Shown piece by piece: positions 21,064 to 30,494 of a stretch of DNA of 64,000 bases. The position numbers were made by a program, and so were the translations under genes. Below the pieces are notes generated by a model that had not been told where the DNA came from, did no database searches, and saw only the letters and a program-made list of their open reading frames with translations. Positions within the stretch are counted from its first letter, which is position 1. Each line of letters starts with the position of its first letter. Source of the DNA: Microthrixaceae bacterium (GTDB lineage: Bacteria; Actinomycetota; Acidimicrobiia; Acidimicrobiales; VFJN01); NCBI GenBank assembly GCA_052386335.1, contig JBQTKH010000015.1, positions 3,383 to 67,382 on the forward strand. The letters run 5' to 3'.

Positions 21064-21097
21064 GGCGGGGGGCGAGCCGTTGGGCCCGCCCCCCGCC
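21064..21097. terminator. GC hairpin downstream of hup (putative terminator)
   Basis: 9-bp stem GGCGGGGGG / CCCCCCGCC around a 16-nt loop, located between the HU stop (21110) and the putA start (21035). Confidence 0.4.
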
Positions 21098-21109
21098 GAG
21101 CGCTGCGTG

Positions 21110-21382
21110 CTACTTGACGGCGTCCTTGAAGGACTTGCCGACCTTGACCTTCGGCACCGTGGCAGCGGCGATCTGGATCTCCGCTCCCGTGGCCGGGTTG
21201 CGTCCGGTCCGAGCGGCGCGCTCAGCCCGCTCGAAGCTCAAGAAGCCGGGGAGCTGGACCTTGCCACCTCCCGCGACCGTACTGGTGATCACGTCTTCGA
21301 TCGCTCCGAGGACCGCACTGACAGTCGCGTTGGACTGTCCGGTCTTCTCGGCGACGGCACTGACGAGCTCGGCCTTGTTCAT
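21110..21382 (-). CDS. hup: HU family nucleoid-associated DNA-binding protein
   Basis: ATG at 21382 gives MNKAELVSAVAEKTG...RTGRNPATGAEIQI...KVGKSFKDAV, the classic HU/IHF sequence. Confidence 0.9.
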   Translation of the reverse strand: MNKAELVSAVAEKTGQSNATVSAVLGAIEDVITSTVAGGGKVQLPGFLSFERAERAARTGRNPATGAEIQIAAATVPKVKVGKSFKDAVK

Positions 21383-21459
21383 TCGGGCCCTCCTCAAGGG
21401 TCAGATCAAGCGATCGTCACCGTAAACGCAGGGTTGGGCCCATTGGTGGATGGTCGCGG

Positions 21460-22659
21460 CTACGCGCCGTGCGCGTGATCGCAGAGGCGTTCTTCACCCT
21501 CGGCGATCGTGCCGCCGGCGACGCCTTCGAGCGCAGCGAACGGTCCGCACGGGTGCGGCACGATCCACACGTGGATCATCGGCGTCTCGGCGCCCTTGGT
21601 GAGCCCGGCGGCGCAGTTGCCCTCGGCGTCGGTGAGCCCTGCGACGCGGGGCCCCGAGAAGCAGAGGTTGTCGTGCACGTGCCACTGCGTGAGCTTCCCG
21701 CCCACCTCGGGCACGTCGGCGAGCGTGTCACCGGGGTTCAGCATGAACATCGCTGCGGCGAGGCGCTTGGGCGTGACGCTCGTGTCGAACACGAGCGACT
21801 CGGGGTAGTCCGGGTCGAGGATCCGGTCGTCGTTCATGTTGGCGGCGTTGAGGTAGTGCTCGTGACCGAGGAACCCATCGCCGATCGACACGAAGCCCAT
21901 CGCCTCGGCCGTCGCGGGGTCGGCGAACTTCGGGAGCCGCACGAGCGAGATGGCCAAGAGGTTCTCTGCTCTCGCCTGCTCCTCTGGTGTGACGCCTTCC
22001 ACCCCACCGAGGTCGATCGGCAGCGTCGGGTCGTAGGGCTTGGGTGCCACCGCGGATGCGGGCTCAGCGTCACTCGTGCTGTCGTGCCCGTCACCAGCGT
22101 CGTGGTCGTCGGCGACGACGGAGCTGTGCGCGTCCCCCGCGTCGTGGGCGTGAGCTCCCGCCGACACCATCCCCGGAACACCCGCGGTGGCGACGAGCAG
22201 TGCGAGGCCTCCAAAGCGCAAGGGGCTCGTCGAGCCGTCGCGCTCCCCCACGCGGAACCAGGTGGCGATCGCGGTGAGCACGACGAGCGCCGCCAGGGCT
22301 GCGGCCAGCCCGTCGGCGGTCTGGATCGGCTCCTTCGCCTCGAGGCCATCGACGAACCAGATCCCGCGGGTCTTCGCCAGGCCCCATGCCGCGATGAACC
22401 CGAGGCTGACGAGCGCGGCAACCCCCGCCGCTCGTCGGCTCGGCCGCGCCAGCAGCAGGGCACCCAACGAGAGCTGGGCGACCGCGACACCGGTGAACAC
22501 CAGACCCGCCTGCTCGTGCTCGCTGTGCACGCCGATCGCAGCGGCGTGGATGGCGCCTGCAGCAAGGAAAGCCGCGCCCGCGACGGCGGGCCAGCCCCAT
22601 GCAGCGGCGCGAGCCACGGCCCGGGCCGGTTGGACCTGACGATCGAGGACGCTGACCAC
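21460..22659 (-). CDS. polytopic membrane protein with a His/Asp-rich linker and a Cys/His-rich extracytoplasmic domain, hypothetical
   Basis: 399-aa ORF. About five hydrophobic helices come first, then HAHDAGDAHSSVVADDHDAGDGHDSTSD, then a soluble domain with GHEHYLN, WHVHDNLCF, HVWIVPHPCGPF and CDHAHGA. Confidence 0.6.
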   Translation of the reverse strand: MVSVLDRQVQPARAVARAAAWGWPAVAGAAFLAAGAIHAAAIGVHSEHEQAGLVFTGVAVAQLSLGALLLARPSRRAAGVAALVSLGFIAAWGLAKTRGIWFVDGLEAKEPIQTADGLAAALAALVVLTAIATWFRVGERDGSTSPLRFGGLALLVATAGVPGMVSAGAHAHDAGDAHSSVVADDHDAGDGHDSTSDAEPASAVAPKPYDPTLPIDLGGVEGVTPEEQARAENLLAISLVRLPKFADPATAEAMGFVSIGDGFLGHEHYLNAANMNDDRILDPDYPESLVFDTSVTPKRLAAAMFMLNPGDTLADVPEVGGKLTQWHVHDNLCFSGPRVAGLTDAEGNCAAGLTKGAETPMIHVWIVPHPCGPFAALEGVAGGTIAEGEERLCDHAHGA

Positions 22660-22742
22660 GGTTCTGCCCTTCCAACGGTTGTGGAAAGACTACGGCGCGA
22701 TCCGGCATGGCGGATGGGCGCCGCCCAACACGGGCAAACCGC

Positions 22743-23777
22743 TCAGGGGCGCACGGCCACGAGGACGTCACGGATGATCGAGCGGTCGACTCGGTGCACG
22801 AATGCGTCGTCGTCTGCGGGTCGGCGCAGGTCGAAGCCCGCGGTCGTCACCAGCTCCACGAGCGCCGGACGAGACAGCGTGTGACGGTTCCAGGAAAGGG
22901 CCATCGCGCCCCCGGGCACCAGCAGGTCGAGCCACACGGGGAGCGCTTCGCGCAGCAAGGTGCCGGGGCCGCGCTCGAGGGCGGCACCCGACGCCTGGGC
23001 GCCGTGCTGCACGCCGTACGGGAGGTCGCAGACGATGAGGTCAGTGGCGCGGGCCTTGAGGTGTGCCCGCGCCGCGAGCGTGTCGTCGTGGATGATGTCC
23101 ACCACCCGGTGCTGGCTCCGGTCCTTGTCTCGCCCGTAGGTCACCGTGATGCGATGCGCCGGCGTGTCACGCCCCTTGCGCAGCTTGGCCTGCGCGAGCT
23201 GGTGCTTGAGCCGCTTGTCCTTCAACCAGGTGAGGATGAACTGCGTGTAGGCCTCGACGTCGCGCTGATCGAGCTCGATCCCGGTCGCATCCATCCCGTA
23301 CACGACGGCCCGGTTGAGCGAGGTGCCGCGCCCACACGCGGGATCCAGGAGGCAGACTCGGCCTCCGGCGAGCAGCCGGTCGAAGGCGCCATCGCTCTCC
23401 GCCAGCGCGAGGTTCACGAGCAGGTGCGTGAAGGCTTCGTTCGTCTTGCCCGGGTAGCGCTGGATCGACACGACGTCGTCGTCCATCCGAGCAAGGGGCC
23501 TGATCCCACAGGGGCGCAGCAACGGACCTTCCAGCGCGAAGAGGGCGTGCATCGACGAGAGGTTGGACAAGACCGCGAGATCCCGCTCGCCGAGCTCGTG
23601 GGCCGTCTCGAACACCAGGTAGTCGACACCACCGAGGGTGGCTCGCCGGGCCTCCCCAAGACCACCATCCAGCAGGGCGTGACCGAGACACGCCAGCTCG
23701 GCCGCCGCGAGGCCGAACGAGGCCTCGCCGTAGACTCGGTTGGCGTTCGCCTTCAGCAGGCAGGCGTACTCGGGCAC
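22743..23777 (-). CDS. SAM-dependent methyltransferase (Trm11/RlmL-like, DxPYG type)
   Basis: GTG at 23777 in ORF 22743..24074. Motif I is VCLLDPACGRGTS and motif IV is CDLPYG. The longer ORF extension overlaps the DUF2277-like gene. Confidence 0.7.
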   Translation of the reverse strand: MPEYACLLKANANRVYGEASFGLAAAELACLGHALLDGGLGEARRATLGGVDYLVFETAHELGERDLAVLSNLSSMHALFALEGPLLRPCGIRPLARMDDDVVSIQRYPGKTNEAFTHLLVNLALAESDGAFDRLLAGGRVCLLDPACGRGTSLNRAVVYGMDATGIELDQRDVEAYTQFILTWLKDKRLKHQLAQAKLRKGRDTPAHRITVTYGRDKDRSQHRVVDIIHDDTLAARAHLKARATDLIVCDLPYGVQHGAQASGAALERGPGTLLREALPVWLDLLVPGGAMALSWNRHTLSRPALVELVTTAGFDLRRPADDDAFVHRVDRSIIRDVLVAVRP

Positions 23778-23784
23778 GCAGGGA

Positions 23785-24039
23785 TCAGGTGCGCGACGCC
23801 GCGAGGCGACGAAGGGGAGGCACCGTCTTGGGTGGCTGCTGGCGGGGCGGGAGCGCCGCGAGCAGCTCCTCGGAGGCGAGGGTGATCCGGCGGACGGCCC
23901 GCTCGAAGGCCGCCTCGGTGCGCTCCGAGGTCTTCTGCACACCGCTGATCTTGCGGACGAACTGGCGGGCCGCCGCCTCGATCTCCTCGTCGGTGGCCTC
24001 AGGGTCCAAGCCGCGAAGCGTGGTGATGTTCCTGCACAT
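23785..24039 (-). CDS. DUF2277-like small protein
   Basis: 84-aa ORF starting MCRNITTLRGLDPEATDEEIEAAARQFVRKISG, the conserved N-terminus of actinobacterial DUF2277 proteins as I recall it. Confidence 0.55.
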   Translation of the reverse strand: MCRNITTLRGLDPEATDEEIEAAARQFVRKISGVQKTSERTEAAFERAVRRITLASEELLAALPPRQQPPKTVPPLRRLAASRT

Positions 24040-24048
24040 GGGCCAAGG

Positions 24049-24507
24049 CTACGCGCGGCGGACCTCGGCATCACCGGCGTGGGCGATGAACTGGCGGGCG
24101 CCGCTGTCCAGCACCCAATCGTGACCCTGGCGAACCACGGGCGCGGCGATCCGCGCCATCGCCTTCAGCAGGCGGTTGTGCGGCTCCAGGCTGGACACCA
24201 GGCGCGCCTCGCAACCGCCGACCTGGCCTGTGATCTCGAGGCGCGCTGTCCCCACCACATCACCGCTGATCGACGCCCGCACGGTGTGCGGCGCGACCAC
24301 CTCGTCGAGGGCGACGTGGAAGCGGACGACGTAGGGAAGCGGGGGGCGCACGGTGCAGCGCCAGGTGAGACCGCCGGCCAGGCGCGCGCCATCGAAGTGA
24401 CGAAGCCACGGCCACCATGTCTGGTAGTCGTCCACCTGACTGACGGTGTGCCACAGGTCCTCAGGCGCAAGGGGGAGCGGGTACCGCCGGTCAGTGTCGA
24501 ACCGCAC
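24049..24507 (-). CDS. SRPBCC (polyketide cyclase/START-like) family protein
   Basis: GTG at 24507 in ORF 24049..25239. The ~150-aa sequence with LWHTVSQVDDYQTWWPWL is typical of SRPBCC proteins. The upstream ORF part is antisense to the serine hydrolase gene. Confidence 0.55.
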   Translation of the reverse strand: MRFDTDRRYPLPLAPEDLWHTVSQVDDYQTWWPWLRHFDGARLAGGLTWRCTVRPPLPYVVRFHVALDEVVAPHTVRASISGDVVGTARLEITGQVGGCEARLVSSLEPHNRLLKAMARIAAPVVRQGHDWVLDSGARQFIAHAGDAEVRRA

Positions 24508-24570
24508 GCCAGCCAGCCTCCCACGTCCTGTGCGGGCCAGGGAGGGCTGCGGCGTGCCACCATCGCGCCC

Positions 24571-25785
24571 ATGACCAGCAACCCCTCGGACCTCGGCATG
24601 TCGGGCGAGCAGCTCGCCCACGTTGACGCCGCGATGCACGCCTACGTCGACAAGGGAAAGCTGCCGGGCGTCCAGACGCTCATCAGCCGCCGCGGCCAGG
24701 TCGTCCACCACGACGTGTACGGCTTCGCTGACGTCGAGGCCGAGAAGCGGGTGACGGCCGAGACGATCTACCGGATCTACTCGATGACCAAGCCGATCAC
24801 CAGCGTCGGGCTGATGATGCTCTACGAGCGCGGCCACTTCCTGCTGGAGAACCCGATCGCCCGCTGGCTCCCGGAGTTCGCCGACGTGCAGGTGTGGGTC
24901 GGCGGCACGGCGGAGGCACCCCAGACCCGGCCCGCGGCGCGACCGATCACCGTGCACGACGTCCTCACGCACCTGTCGGGGCTCACCTACGGGTTCCACT
25001 ACCAGAACCCAGTCGACGAGATGTACCGCGCCGATCATCTGGGTGACTTCACCGAGCCCAGCTACGACCTCACCGAGGGCATCGGCCGGATGGCGGCGCT
25101 CCCCCTCCTGTTCGATCCGGGCACGAGCTGGAACTACTCGATGTCCACCGACGTGTGTGGCCGCCTGATCGAGGTGATGAGCGGACAGCCGCTCGACGAG
25201 TACTTGCGCGACCACGTGCTCGAGCCCCTCGGGATGCACGACACCGCCTTCAGCGCACCCGAGTCGGACCTCGACCGCTGCTCACCGCTCTACGTGCGCG
25301 GCGCGGATGGGGCCCTCCACCGCATGGCACCAGCCGACACCATGGTCCAGCCGCCGAAGTACCTCGCCGGCGGTGGCGGACTGGTCGGCACCGCCCCCGA
25401 CTACCTCCGCTTCACGCACATGCTGCTCGGCGGCGGAGCGCTCGACGGCGTCCGCCTGCTCAGTCCCCGCACCCTGAGCTACATGACCCGCAACCACCTC
25501 CCAGACGGGAAGCTCCTCAACGAGCTCGGCCAGTCCACCTTCTCCGAGGCAACCATGGCGGGTACCGGCTTCGGTCTGGGATTCGCGGTGATCGAGGACG
25601 CCGCTGCGCTGCAGAACCTCGCTACCGAGGGCGAGATCAGCTGGGGTGGGGCCGCCAGCACCGCGTTCTGGGTCGACCCCGTCGAGGAGCTCTGTGTGGT
25701 GTTCATGACACAGCTGCTCCCGAGCAGCATGTACCCGATCCGGCGCCAGCTCCGGGCGACGGTGCTGCCCGCCCTCATCGACTGA
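24571..25785 (+). CDS. serine hydrolase, beta-lactamase/transpeptidase-like (class C/esterase family)
   Basis: ATG at 24571 in ORF 23740..25785. SxxK motif YSMTKPIT, a later YSMS, and GGGGLVGT. Confidence 0.85.
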   Translation: MTSNPSDLGMSGEQLAHVDAAMHAYVDKGKLPGVQTLISRRGQVVHHDVYGFADVEAEKRVTAETIYRIYSMTKPITSVGLMMLYERGHFLLENPIARWLPEFADVQVWVGGTAEAPQTRPAARPITVHDVLTHLSGLTYGFHYQNPVDEMYRADHLGDFTEPSYDLTEGIGRMAALPLLFDPGTSWNYSMSTDVCGRLIEVMSGQPLDEYLRDHVLEPLGMHDTAFSAPESDLDRCSPLYVRGADGALHRMAPADTMVQPPKYLAGGGGLVGTAPDYLRFTHMLLGGGALDGVRLLSPRTLSYMTRNHLPDGKLLNELGQSTFSEATMAGTGFGLGFAVIEDAAALQNLATEGEISWGGAASTAFWVDPVEELCVVFMTQLLPSSMYPIRRQLRATVLPALID

Positions 25786-25790
25786 CCCGC

Positions 25791-26717
25791 TCAGGACGAT
25801 GCGGGGAGCGCGCGATGCGGCTCCGAGTGGTCCCAGTCCGCGAGGAGCGTGCGCAGCGCGGTGAGCAGGACGAGGGGCTGGTCGAGCATCGCGTGGTGAC
25901 CGGCCTCGGGGATCTCGATCACCGGAGCCACCCGACCCAGCGCGTCGTACATCGCGGCGCTGATGTCGTCGGTGACGAGACCGTGTTCGGAGCGCAGCAG
26001 TGCGAAGCGGCATCGCACCTCGCTGAGGTACGGCTGCGCGATCCCGCGCATGCCCCCAGCGAACTGCTCGAACACGTGACGGTCGAACTTCCACTGGTAC
26101 CCGCCGTCGACCGCGTTCAAGGACCGCCGCGCGACGTGGTCCATCACGAAGTCGCAGTAGTGGTCTTGCGGCGGCACCGTGCGGAACCGAGCAAGGGCGT
26201 CGTCGACCGACGCATAGACGCGCGGGTTGCCGAAGGCCTCCTTGAGTCGGTACGACTCGACCTCCGGGTCGGGCTCGGTCACCGGCGAGTCGCACACGAT
26301 CACACCGGTGAGGTCGTCCGCGTGCAGGGCGGCGGTGGCGATCGTGACGAACCCACCCATCGAGTGCCCGATCACGACCGGCTTGCCCGCAACGCCGCCG
26401 GCACGGCCGGCCGCCATCACCTCCTCGGTCCACTGCTCGATGTCGTAGGCGTCGCGGTGGGCGCTGTCGCCGTGGCCTGACAGGTCCACCGCCACGACCC
26501 GGAACTCCTCCGCGAAGGTGGCGGCCAGGTGGGTCCACCAGTGTGCGTGCGCGCCCCCGCCGTGCACGAACACCAGGCCTCGCCGACCCTGGTCACCCCA
26601 GGCGAGGTAGTGGATGCGCGCGCCGTCGACCTCGACCTCCCCATCGGTGAAGGGCACGGCGAGGGCGCGGCGGAACCAGGCGGGAGCCGATTCGAGGAGC
26701 GGCGGGACCGCGGTCAC
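25791..26717 (-). CDS. alpha/beta hydrolase
   Basis: 308-aa ORF with HGGGAHAHWW, nucleophile elbow GHSMGG and a C-terminal catalytic His (AGHHAMLDQP). Its start overlaps the DyP stop. Confidence 0.8.
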   Translation of the reverse strand: MTAVPPLLESAPAWFRRALAVPFTDGEVEVDGARIHYLAWGDQGRRGLVFVHGGGAHAHWWTHLAATFAEEFRVVAVDLSGHGDSAHRDAYDIEQWTEEVMAAGRAGGVAGKPVVIGHSMGGFVTIATAALHADDLTGVIVCDSPVTEPDPEVESYRLKEAFGNPRVYASVDDALARFRTVPPQDHYCDFVMDHVARRSLNAVDGGYQWKFDRHVFEQFAGGMRGIAQPYLSEVRCRFALLRSEHGLVTDDISAAMYDALGRVAPVIEIPEAGHHAMLDQPLVLLTALRTLLADWDHSEPHRALPASS

Positions 26718-27643
26718 GCGTCGTCGCGCAAGCCGGCGAAGGCCTCGATCGGCGGCGCGACGTACCAGGCGCCACCGGTGGACCTGGAGAAGTCCGTCAG
26801 CCGGTCGGTCAGGCCGTCGCCATCGCCCACCATGCGCCGCAGCATCCGTGCCAAGCGCTCCACGTCGGCGCTGAACGCAACGAACACGAGCCCGTGCTCG
26901 AGCACACCCCCGAACGCGGTGGAACGGCGGAAGACCTCGAGCTCATCGCCGTCGTCGTCCTCGATCACGACGCGGCTGATGTGGGCGCGCGGTGACCGAA
27001 CGTCGTCTGGGAGCTCGTCGCTCGTCGTCCTGTCGCGTCCGAACACCTGGCACTGCTCGTCGTGGTCGAGCAGCTCGAACCCCACGAGGTCATGGACCCA
27101 CCGTTGCAGCAGCACGACGCTCCCCCCGGCGCCGGGCTCGCCCTTCGGCACGGTGGCGACCCCCGGCGCGTCGTCGATCGGCGGGTTCTCGGTACCGTCC
27201 TCGAACCCGGTCATGTCCCGGCTGGCCAGGTAGGTGAACGAGGGTTGTTCGGCCACCACCTCCGCCAACCCGTGGAGCGCCCGCTGCGCGCCACGTGCCA
27301 CATCGAACACGGCGTCGAAGCCGCCGGCGTGGAGCCAGATCCAGAGGTCGTGCTGATCGGCCGGCATCACCACTGGCGGCGCCGCATCGCCGACGATGTC
27401 CGTGAAGGGGGCGAGCCCGGCCGGCAGGTGCAGGGGAAGGACGCGGCGGCACAGGTCCGCACCCAGGCCCACCACGATGTTCACGCCCGCGATGGTGGTG
27501 GCCAGAGCACGGACACGCCCGAGCGCTCGAACGAGCTCGTCCGGGTCGGCATCGGCCCGAACGTCGAGCTGGAGGTGGTGATGCGCCCGGGTGCCGACCG
27601 CGAAGATGCCTGGCTGTGGGGTGGAGGTCACCCCGGGGACCAT
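26714..27643 (-). CDS. Dyp-type peroxidase
   Basis: ATG at 27643 in ORF 26714..27700. DyP hallmark GFEDGTENP, plus SRDMTGF and RRSTAFG. Confidence 0.85.
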   Translation of the reverse strand: MVPGVTSTPQPGIFAVGTRAHHHLQLDVRADADPDELVRALGRVRALATTIAGVNIVVGLGADLCRRVLPLHLPAGLAPFTDIVGDAAPPVVMPADQHDLWIWLHAGGFDAVFDVARGAQRALHGLAEVVAEQPSFTYLASRDMTGFEDGTENPPIDDAPGVATVPKGEPGAGGSVVLLQRWVHDLVGFELLDHDEQCQVFGRDRTTSDELPDDVRSPRAHISRVVIEDDDGDELEVFRRSTAFGGVLEHGLVFVAFSADVERLARMLRRMVGDGDGLTDRLTDFSRSTGGAWYVAPPIEAFAGLRDDA

Positions 27644-27681
27644 ATTCGGCCACGCTCGGCGACCGCGCGAGCGCAGCGTCG

Positions 27682-28995
27682 TCAGCCGCCGCGCCCCCAC
27701 CTTCGTCCAGCGGCAGCCCCTACGCCCAGGAGGGCCGCTGCGGCCAGCACGACGGCCGCCACCACGAGGAGCGTGGAGGGGCTCTCGTCCGAAGGTCCGT
27801 CGCCCCCGTAGGGCTCGGTCAGCGCGGCCCGCTCCCGGTCGTTCAGCGGCGTGAGCGCGCGCTGCGGACCGGGACCCCAGACCGAGACCTCACGAAGTCC
27901 GGCACCCGTACCCAAGCCGACCCGTACCGAGCGCACCGGTCCACCCGAGAGCTCGACCGTTCCGAAGCCATCGGAGGCTGACCCTGCGGGAGTGAACGTG
28001 CTGCCGTCGGCACTCACGTCGACCGCGCAACCGCCTTCGCAGCCGCGCACGACGACGAGCTCTGCCGGCACCTGCTCGCCGAGGTCGACGATGACGGCGG
28101 CTGGCGGCGTGCACGCGGCCTCGTCGGGCGGGCCCGAGCAGATCTGCTCCGATGGAGCCATCGCGACGAGATCGCCGTCGGTGAGCTTGCAGTTCTGGTG
28201 GTCCTGCGTCGTGCCCGAGGAAGCGACGAGCTGACATGGCCGGCCCCGGGACGGGGGTGGTCCGGCCGCGGCCGCGTAGGGCTTCCCCGGGGACCGCCAG
28301 CGCATGATCGCAGTGCTTCCCTCGATGACCTCCTCGAAGGTGCCCGACAGCACGGCGCGCCCTGAGGTGTCCTCGAGCAAGCGAGCATCCACGCTGGCTG
28401 TTGACTCGGTACCGGCCGCGAGCCACACCGGGACCTCAGCCCCATCGTCGAAGGACAGCTCGTAGGGCCCACTGCGCGATGTCGACCATCGGGCCAGCAC
28501 CGCACCCTGATGAGACTCGAGCGTCAGCCCCGGATCGATCAAGGCGAGCATCGGAAGCGTGACCCGCTCGGTCTGGACCCGAAAGCGAACCGAGGTGAGC
28601 GGACCGGAGACCTCGTCCGACGCCACGTCACCGAAGGCCGATACGAGCACCGACAACGCCTCGCCGAACGACGACTGGGTGTCACTGCCCTGCAACGTGA
28701 ACGCGTAGCTCCCGGCGGCGTCGGTGGTGGCGGTTCGAACCTTCCCAGAGCACGCTCCCGACGTGCACGACATCCCGACGGTCAGCACGGCGAAGGCACC
28801 ATCGCTCTCCGACACTCCTGTGCCGAGGCGCACCGGTCGCCCGTGCGCCGGTCGGCCGTCCGGCGCCGCAACGCCTCCGGCGACGGTGATGATCGCGTCT
28901 GGGGCCACCCTGCTCTGCTCGCCGCAGCCGACAAGCGCGATCACGGCGAGCGCGAGCCCCCAAGCGCGGGCCCCACGTCCGGTCCTTGCCAGCAT
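27682..28995 (-). CDS. lipoprotein with a C-terminal TM anchor, hypothetical
   Basis: ATG at 28995 in ORF 27682..29106 gives a lipobox (LAVIALVGCGEQ). The body looks beta-rich and the C-terminus has a TM helix (LLVVAAVVLAAAALLGV). No family recognised. Confidence 0.5.
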   Translation of the reverse strand: MLARTGRGARAWGLALAVIALVGCGEQSRVAPDAIITVAGGVAAPDGRPAHGRPVRLGTGVSESDGAFAVLTVGMSCTSGACSGKVRTATTDAAGSYAFTLQGSDTQSSFGEALSVLVSAFGDVASDEVSGPLTSVRFRVQTERVTLPMLALIDPGLTLESHQGAVLARWSTSRSGPYELSFDDGAEVPVWLAAGTESTASVDARLLEDTSGRAVLSGTFEEVIEGSTAIMRWRSPGKPYAAAAGPPPSRGRPCQLVASSGTTQDHQNCKLTDGDLVAMAPSEQICSGPPDEAACTPPAAVIVDLGEQVPAELVVVRGCEGGCAVDVSADGSTFTPAGSASDGFGTVELSGGPVRSVRVGLGTGAGLREVSVWGPGPQRALTPLNDRERAALTEPYGGDGPSDESPSTLLVVAAVVLAAAALLGVGAAAGRRWGRGG

Positions 28996-29099
28996 GTGCC
29001 TCCAGCCGCCGGCTGGCCAACCAGGCCCCACCGCGCTCGTCTCGACGAAACGGACGCGAAGGTAGCGCCAGATCCGGTCCGCTTCGCGGACGCTTCGTC

Positions 29100-30476
29100 G
29101 TGACACCCAGGCACCGCGCGTGGGTGGAGCGGGTCGGCCAGACTCCGCCCGTGGATGACTCGCACGCGCACCACCATGGATCTGGTCGGACGCTGACGTC
29201 GCAACAGACCCGTCGCCTGCTCGGTGCCCTCGTGGGCATCACCGCCGTGATCGCGGTCGTGGGCATGGTCCTGCTCCGAGCCCAAGGACCGCGTCCAGAT
29301 GTGGCGGAGGAGCTCGGGCTCAACGCGCGGATCGTCGATGCCACGGTCACCGATGTCGTGGAGCTCTCGTGCGAGGGCACCGCCGAATCCGATGACATCC
29401 TCTGCCTGAGGGTCGAGTTCGACGTCACGAGCGGGCCCACGAAGGGTGAGGCGTCGAGCTTCGAGACCGCCGTCAGCGAGGTGACGCTGCACTTCACCGA
29501 GGGCGACCGCGTGACGCTCGGCTACCAAGCCGACCGCGAACCCGGTCGGCAGTACTACTTCAACGACTTCCAACGGCGGACGCCGTTGCTCCTCCTGGCG
29601 GGCGTGTTCGCCGCGGCCGTGCTGGCACTGGGACGCTTCCAGGGTCTGCGCGCGCTCATCGCGCTGGGGATCACGGGAGTGGTGATCCTCGCCTTCATGT
29701 TCCCGGCCATCCTCGATGGCGCTGACCCGACTGCTGTCGCCCTGGTGGCTGCGGCGGTGATCGCGATCGTGGCGCTGTACCTCACCCACGGGGTGACGGA
29801 GATGATCACGGTGGCGTTGCTCGGCACCTTCGCCGCGCTCGGCCTCACCGCACTCCTCGCGGCGGTCTTCGCGAACCTGGCGCAGTTCACGGGCTTCTCC
29901 TCGGAGGATGCCTTCTACCTCACGATCGCCTCCGCCCAGGTCGACGTGAAGGGCCTGGTCCTGGCCGGCATCATCATCGGCAGCCTGGGCGTGCTCGACG
30001 ACGTGACGGTCACCCAGGTGTCGGCCGTGTGGCAGCTCCACGAGGCAAACCCCACCTACACCGCCCGGCGGCTCTACTCGTCCGCGGTGGTGATCGGTCG
30101 CGACCACATCGCGTCGACGGTCAACACGCTCGTCTTGGCCTATGCGGGGGCCTCGCTGCCCCTGCTGCTCATCTTCACCCAGGGCGGGCGCGGGCTGGGC
30201 GCGGTGGCCGAGGGGGAGGTGGTCGGTGTGGAGATCGTCCGCACGCTCGTCGGGTCGATCGGGCTCGTCGCCGCGGTGCCGCTGACGACCGCGTTGGCCG
30301 CCCTCGTCGTGACCCGAGGTTCGGCGGCACGCGCCGCCGCGGAGCCAGTCCCATCAGTGCGGCGTCGGCGACGCACCGCCCCGAACGAGCGCGTGCCCAC
30401 TCGTGGTCCGGAGCCGAAGCAGGAGCCCGAGCCGGACTGGGAGCAGTTTGCCCCCGGCGACCCCGACGGCTGGTAG
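29100..30476 (+). CDS. YibE/F family membrane protein
   Basis: GTG at 29100 (alternative start 29124) in ORF 28986..30476. One N-terminal TM helix, an extracytoplasmic domain, then about six TMs with GVLDDVTVTQVS, typical of YibE/F. Confidence 0.7.
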   Translation: MTPRHRAWVERVGQTPPVDDSHAHHHGSGRTLTSQQTRRLLGALVGITAVIAVVGMVLLRAQGPRPDVAEELGLNARIVDATVTDVVELSCEGTAESDDILCLRVEFDVTSGPTKGEASSFETAVSEVTLHFTEGDRVTLGYQADREPGRQYYFNDFQRRTPLLLLAGVFAAAVLALGRFQGLRALIALGITGVVILAFMFPAILDGADPTAVALVAAAVIAIVALYLTHGVTEMITVALLGTFAALGLTALLAAVFANLAQFTGFSSEDAFYLTIASAQVDVKGLVLAGIIIGSLGVLDDVTVTQVSAVWQLHEANPTYTARRLYSSAVVIGRDHIASTVNTLVLAYAGASLPLLLIFTQGGRGLGAVAEGEVVGVEIVRTLVGSIGLVAAVPLTTALAALVVTRGSAARAAAEPVPSVRRRRRTAPNERVPTRGPEPKQEPEPDWEQFAPGDPDGW

Positions 30477-30494
30477 CGGCGCTTCAGGAACGGC

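Noticed and set aside
23778-24074. N-terminal extension of the methyltransferase ORF (22743..24074).
   Set aside because: It overlaps the DUF2277-like gene (23785..24039) in a different frame and is Arg/Pro/Ser-rich. GTG 23777 was chosen instead.
26714-27643. DyP peroxidase considered as possible encapsulin cargo.
   Set aside because: There is no encapsulin shell gene nearby and the C-terminus (...APPIEAFAGLRDDA) does not resemble the usual targeting peptide. The operon partners are a lipoprotein and an alpha/beta hydrolase.
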